A DNA stretch of 27,798 nt from a virus. Taxonomy: Duplodnaviria > Caudoviricetes. Within the stretch, counting starts at the first letter, position 1. Each line of letters starts with the position of its first letter. The stretch is from IMG/VR virus record IMGVR_UViG_3300026260_000024, positions 1 through 27,798 of that record; one strand, written 5' to 3'. The translations under genes and the position numbers were made by a program. The notes beneath the pieces are model-generated. The model was not told the DNA's origin, ran no database searches, and saw nothing but the letters and a program-made list of their open reading frames with translations. Of the stretch, positions 24,928 through 27,798 are shown in pieces.

Positions 24928-26121
24928 ATGAGTGAAGAAAATCAAGACAAGCCAGTGGGCCAAAGCGTTAACGAGTATATGAATCCCAATGATTCATTTG
25001 ATATTTCTATACCCGATATTCCTATACCTGAACCAGAGGAAGATCGGTTAGTAGATAAAGAAGTAAAGGACGAAGTAGAAACTGCTTTTAAGTTCGCCTT
25101 TATTGGTGCTGGCCAAGGAGGCTCAAGAATAGCCGAAACTTTTTATGAATTTGGTTATAGAAAAGTAGCAGTTCTAAATACCGCGCAGCAAGATCTAAAC
25201 ACCATTAAAAAAGTCTCTCACAAATTGTGCATTGGAGATGGAGGGGCGGGTAAAGATCCAGATTTCGCGAAAAAAGTTTTCGCTGGCAAAAAAGAAGACG
25301 TTGTAGATTTCATGAGGTATTCCTTTGGGGAAACTCTTGATAGGATATTTGTATGCGCTGGCGCTGGCGGTGGAACCGGATCAGGCACTGTTGCTGGCTT
25401 GGTTGATGCGGCTAAGGAGCTTCAAGAAACGATTAAAGCCCCTACTGATAAGGTTGGGGTAATTCTAGCCCTGCCGAAAGCCTCAGAGGGAAAGAAAGTA
25501 AACGCTAATGCTCACAGAGCCCTAAATGAAGTTTATGATTTGGTCGAAGAAGGGAAAGTATCTCCTTTGGTAGTTATCGATAATGAAAGAATCGGTAAGG
25601 TTTACCCTAATCTTGTCGTGTCTAATTTTTGGCAAACCGCTAACGCAAGCATGGCGGGATTGTTCCACCTATTTAATCTTACCGCAGCAAGGGATAGTTC
25701 GTTTACGTCTTTTGACGCTAATGACTACAAAACTATTTTAGATTCTGGTTTGATGGTGTTCGGTGCATCCCCAGTTAAAGAGTGGAAAGATCCAGTAAGT
25801 ATTTCTAGAGCCTTGAGGGATAATCTCAAGAGTGGTCTTTTGTCCGGGGGCGTAGATTTATCTTCTGGAAGTCATGCTGGCGCTGTAGTCGTGGGTGGGA
25901 AAGAGCAATTAGACAATATTCCTCAGTCTGCCCTAGATCAAGCGTTTGACCAGCTTTGCAGATTGTTGCGCCCCGGAAACGTGGTTCATAGAGGTATATA
26001 CGTCGGAGATAAGCCGAATTTAATTGTTTATACCTCAATAGGTGGTATCGCTAGACCCGACGAAAAACTTAAAGAATTGGCCAAATTGGGGGACATATCA
26101 GAGGACATATCAGATAAGTAG
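24928..26121 (+). CDS. Tubulin/FtsZ-superfamily GTPase (PhuZ/TubZ/CetZ-like)
   Basis: IGAGQGGSRIA, GAGKDP, signature GAGGGTGSG, IDNE, T7-loop-like FDANDY. Confidence 0.9.
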   Translation: MSEENQDKPVGQSVNEYMNPNDSFDISIPDIPIPEPEEDRLVDKEVKDEVETAFKFAFIGAGQGGSRIAETFYEFGYRKVAVLNTAQQDLNTIKKVSHKLCIGDGGAGKDPDFAKKVFAGKKEDVVDFMRYSFGETLDRIFVCAGAGGGTGSGTVAGLVDAAKELQETIKAPTDKVGVILALPKASEGKKVNANAHRALNEVYDLVEEGKVSPLVVIDNERIGKVYPNLVVSNFWQTANASMAGLFHLFNLTAARDSSFTSFDANDYKTILDSGLMVFGASPVKEWKDPVSISRALRDNLKSGLLSGGVDLSSGSHAGAVVVGGKEQLDNIPQSALDQAFDQLCRLLRPGNVVHRGIYVGDKPNLIVYTSIGGIARPDEKLKELAKLGDISEDISDK

Positions 26122-26144
26122 ACAACTTTTCTGCCCCTGCTAAA

Positions 26145-26178
26145 AGCCGCACGGTTTTCACCACTGTGCGGTTTTTTT
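26145..26178 (+). terminator. Intrinsic terminator after the tubulin-like gene
   Basis: AGCCGCACGGT...ACTGTGCGGTT stem running into a T7 tract. Confidence 0.8.
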
Positions 26179-26196
26179 AGTGTAATTTCATATGGA

Positions 26197-26634
26197 ATGT
26201 TATCGATGGAATTAATAACGATGATCGGTGGGAGTATCGTAGGTTTTATTTTCCGCTATATGGCTGAAAGAGCTAAAGAGCGTCATGAAATGTTTAAGAA
26301 CGCATTAGCCCTTAAGAAAGCTCAAGACGATAGCGCCGATAAAGCGGCTGAAAGAGTGCCTATAGATGTAGGGAAATGGGTGCGACGTTTAATTGTTTGT
26401 TCTATCTTATTTGGGGTCATCGCTGCTCCCTTTATTTTATCTTTATTGGGGTATTCGACAATCGTCGAAGTAGAGACAGAGAACCCAACTTGGCTTTTCG
26501 GTTTATTTGGAGGAGGAAAAGAAATCAATTTTGTTGAGCTTGATGGTTATCTAATGGTCCCCGAAGTAAGACAAACATTAAGCGCTATAGTTGGTTTTTA
26601 TTTTGGTAATGCAGCTGCGAAAGGATCTACTTGA
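26197..26634 (+). CDS. Membrane protein, 3TM-holin-like
   Basis: Hydrophobic segments and C-terminal AIVGFYFG motif. Confidence 0.55.
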   Translation: MLSMELITMIGGSIVGFIFRYMAERAKERHEMFKNALALKKAQDDSADKAAERVPIDVGKWVRRLIVCSILFGVIAAPFILSLLGYSTIVEVETENPTWLFGLFGGGKEINFVELDGYLMVPEVRQTLSAIVGFYFGNAAAKGST

Positions 26635-26903
26635 TGGAGAAAAGAGATATCAAGAAAAGCACAAATGATTTTGCGGTCAAGTATTGCTTGGGGCTTTTAT
26701 TGTTTATGTCTATTTTTGTAAATATTTTGACTTATCAGTCTAATGAATTACTCAAGAAGCAAAATAAGGGACTGATGATTGAGAATATGATCCTAACACA
26801 CGAAGGGAACAAGCTCTATAATTCTTTTCAAAAGTTGATAAATCTTTTTAAACAAATGGACGAGGAACTTAAAGAAAATGAAAGGAGTGGACTTGAAGCA
26901 TAG
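26631..26903 (+). CDS. Single-pass membrane protein with coiled coil
   Basis: YCLGLLLFMSIFVNILTY followed by heptad-like sequence; start uncertain (TTG 26631 or ATG 26634). Confidence 0.65.
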   Translation: MMEKRDIKKSTNDFAVKYCLGLLLFMSIFVNILTYQSNELLKKQNKGLMIENMILTHEGNKLYNSFQKLINLFKQMDEELKENERSGLEA

Positions 26904-27702
26904 TATTTTATCTATTTGTGTTTTAGTGTTTTTTGCCATCGGCTGCAAAACTGGAGGAGTACGCATAGGAAAAGATTCCGCTGGGAAAATCATTAAACCT
27001 AAGACTATAAAAGAAATAAACGAAGGAAGCTCATCTATCCCAAAGGGCAATCCAGCGCCAGACAAGCCAATAGTAGAATCGGTAGAAAATATTCCAGATG
27101 GTAACGTAATACCGAAAAAGGAGGAGGCAGCTTCATGGGATCAAGCTACGTCTTTACCCAATCTCAAGGCGGAAATTTTACCTGCAAAGAGTAGGCCCGT
27201 TATTCCGGACTTACCCGCTGCCGAACCTAGAACAGATAATTTCGACCTAGCATTAAAAAAAGCTAATTTAGAATTATCGAAATTTAATTTCGATGATCCC
27301 CTGCTTCCTGATTTGCCTTTAGGCGATGAAAAAGATAATATACCCTTATTCGAAATAGTCCCAGCGCCGGATTTAGAAGAAGACCCAAAAGAGAAATCCG
27401 AAAAGGACAAGGCAGAGAAAAGGAAACTAGAAGCTAAAAGACTATCAGAAATAGAAAAGGAGAATATGAAAATTAATTTTGGAGAACTTATATTATTTTA
27501 TTTTTTAGCGTTAATGATCCTTATCATCGCATATATTACTTACGACTTCATTAGAGAAATGAAAAAGCAAGCCAAGGAAAAAAATCCATTCGCGAAAAAG
27601 CCAGTTAAGAAAATAGCCATAAAGAAGAAAGCCCCGAAGAAGGCAGCGAAGAAAGCCCCGAAGAAGGCAGCCAAGAAAAAACCGGCCTCAAGAAAAAAAT
27701 AA
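26878..27702 (+). CDS. Lipoprotein with Pro-rich linker, C-terminal TM helix and Lys/Ala-rich tail
   Basis: Lipobox FAIGC; TM LILFYFLALMILIIAYITY; tail KKAPKKAAKKAPKKAAKKK. Confidence 0.8.
   Translation: MKGVDLKHSILSICVLVFFAIGCKTGGVRIGKDSAGKIIKPKTIKEINEGSSSIPKGNPAPDKPIVESVENIPDGNVIPKKEEAASWDQATSLPNLKAEILPAKSRPVIPDLPAAEPRTDNFDLALKKANLELSKFNFDDPLLPDLPLGDEKDNIPLFEIVPAPDLEEDPKEKSEKDKAEKRKLEAKRLSEIEKENMKINFGELILFYFLALMILIIAYITYDFIREMKKQAKEKNPFAKKPVKKIAIKKKAPKKAAKKAPKKAAKKKPASRKK
27624..27671 (+). repeat. Perfect 24-bp tandem duplication encoding KKAPKKAA x2
   Basis: GAAGAAAGCCCCGAAGAAGGCAGC at 27624 and 27648. Confidence 0.9.
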
Positions 27703-27748
27703 GTTTCTTAACTCCCCTTTAGTGTAATTAATACTAAGGGGGGGGCTA

Positions 27749-27798
27749 TTGAAGAAGTTATTTATATTTATAATGTTAATTGCTGTCGGTTGTGGAAC
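27749..27798 (+). CDS. 5' end of a probable lipoprotein, truncated by the window edge
   Basis: TTG start, MKKLFIFIMLIAVGCG (lipobox AVGC); G-rich RBS-like tract and GTGTAA upstream. Confidence 0.55.
   Translation, partial: MKKLFIFIMLIAVGCG

Noticed and set aside
24928-26121. Cellular ftsZ in a bacterial division cluster
   Set aside because: No ftsA/ftsQ/mur neighbours, terminase-portal context, and no FtsZ C-terminal tail
14889-27410. Short minus-strand ORFs within the right-hand genes (e.g. 15086..15379, 16907..17206, 19830..20060, 26793..27065, 27141..27410)
   Set aside because: They overlap strongly supported plus-strand CDSs and have no motifs or expression signals
1-27798. tRNA, rRNA, transposase, integrase or alternative genetic code
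   Set aside because: None recognised by eye; long genes read through intact with the standard code, and TAA, TAG and TGA all occur as stops. A covariance-model scan would be needed to exclude small RNAs.

Overview
Segment of a large tailed dsDNA bacteriophage genome with two very different halves. Left (1-~8500): about 20 small, mostly unknown genes, all on the minus strand. Most are monocistronic, each with its own sigma70-type promoter whose -10 box lies only 6-10 nt from the ATG (leaderless or near-leaderless mRNA), a DnaA-box-consensus 9-mer (TTATTCACA) just upstream of the -35, and intrinsic terminators. This region is saturated with an asymmetric, strand-polarised octamer AGGGTCRA (32 plus-strand copies counted by eye in 1-8870, inside and between genes) and carries conserved spacer modules, including three near-identical 66-bp elements with alternative hairpins. 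A structured non-coding boundary (~8520-8790) has tandem DnaA boxes. Right (~8790-27798): a glycosyltransferase/epimerase/sulfotransferase cluster, PhoH, a sigma-factor-like protein, an ERCC4-type nuclease, large terminase, probable portal, a tail-tube-like protein, a tubulin/FtsZ-family GTPase and membrane/lysis-like genes. Many of these are preceded by a GTGTAA motif, a likely phage-specific promoter. The best candidate for an undescribed system is the DnaA-box-gated, polar-motif-marked early cassette array. All product calls come from motif recognition by eye, with no database search.
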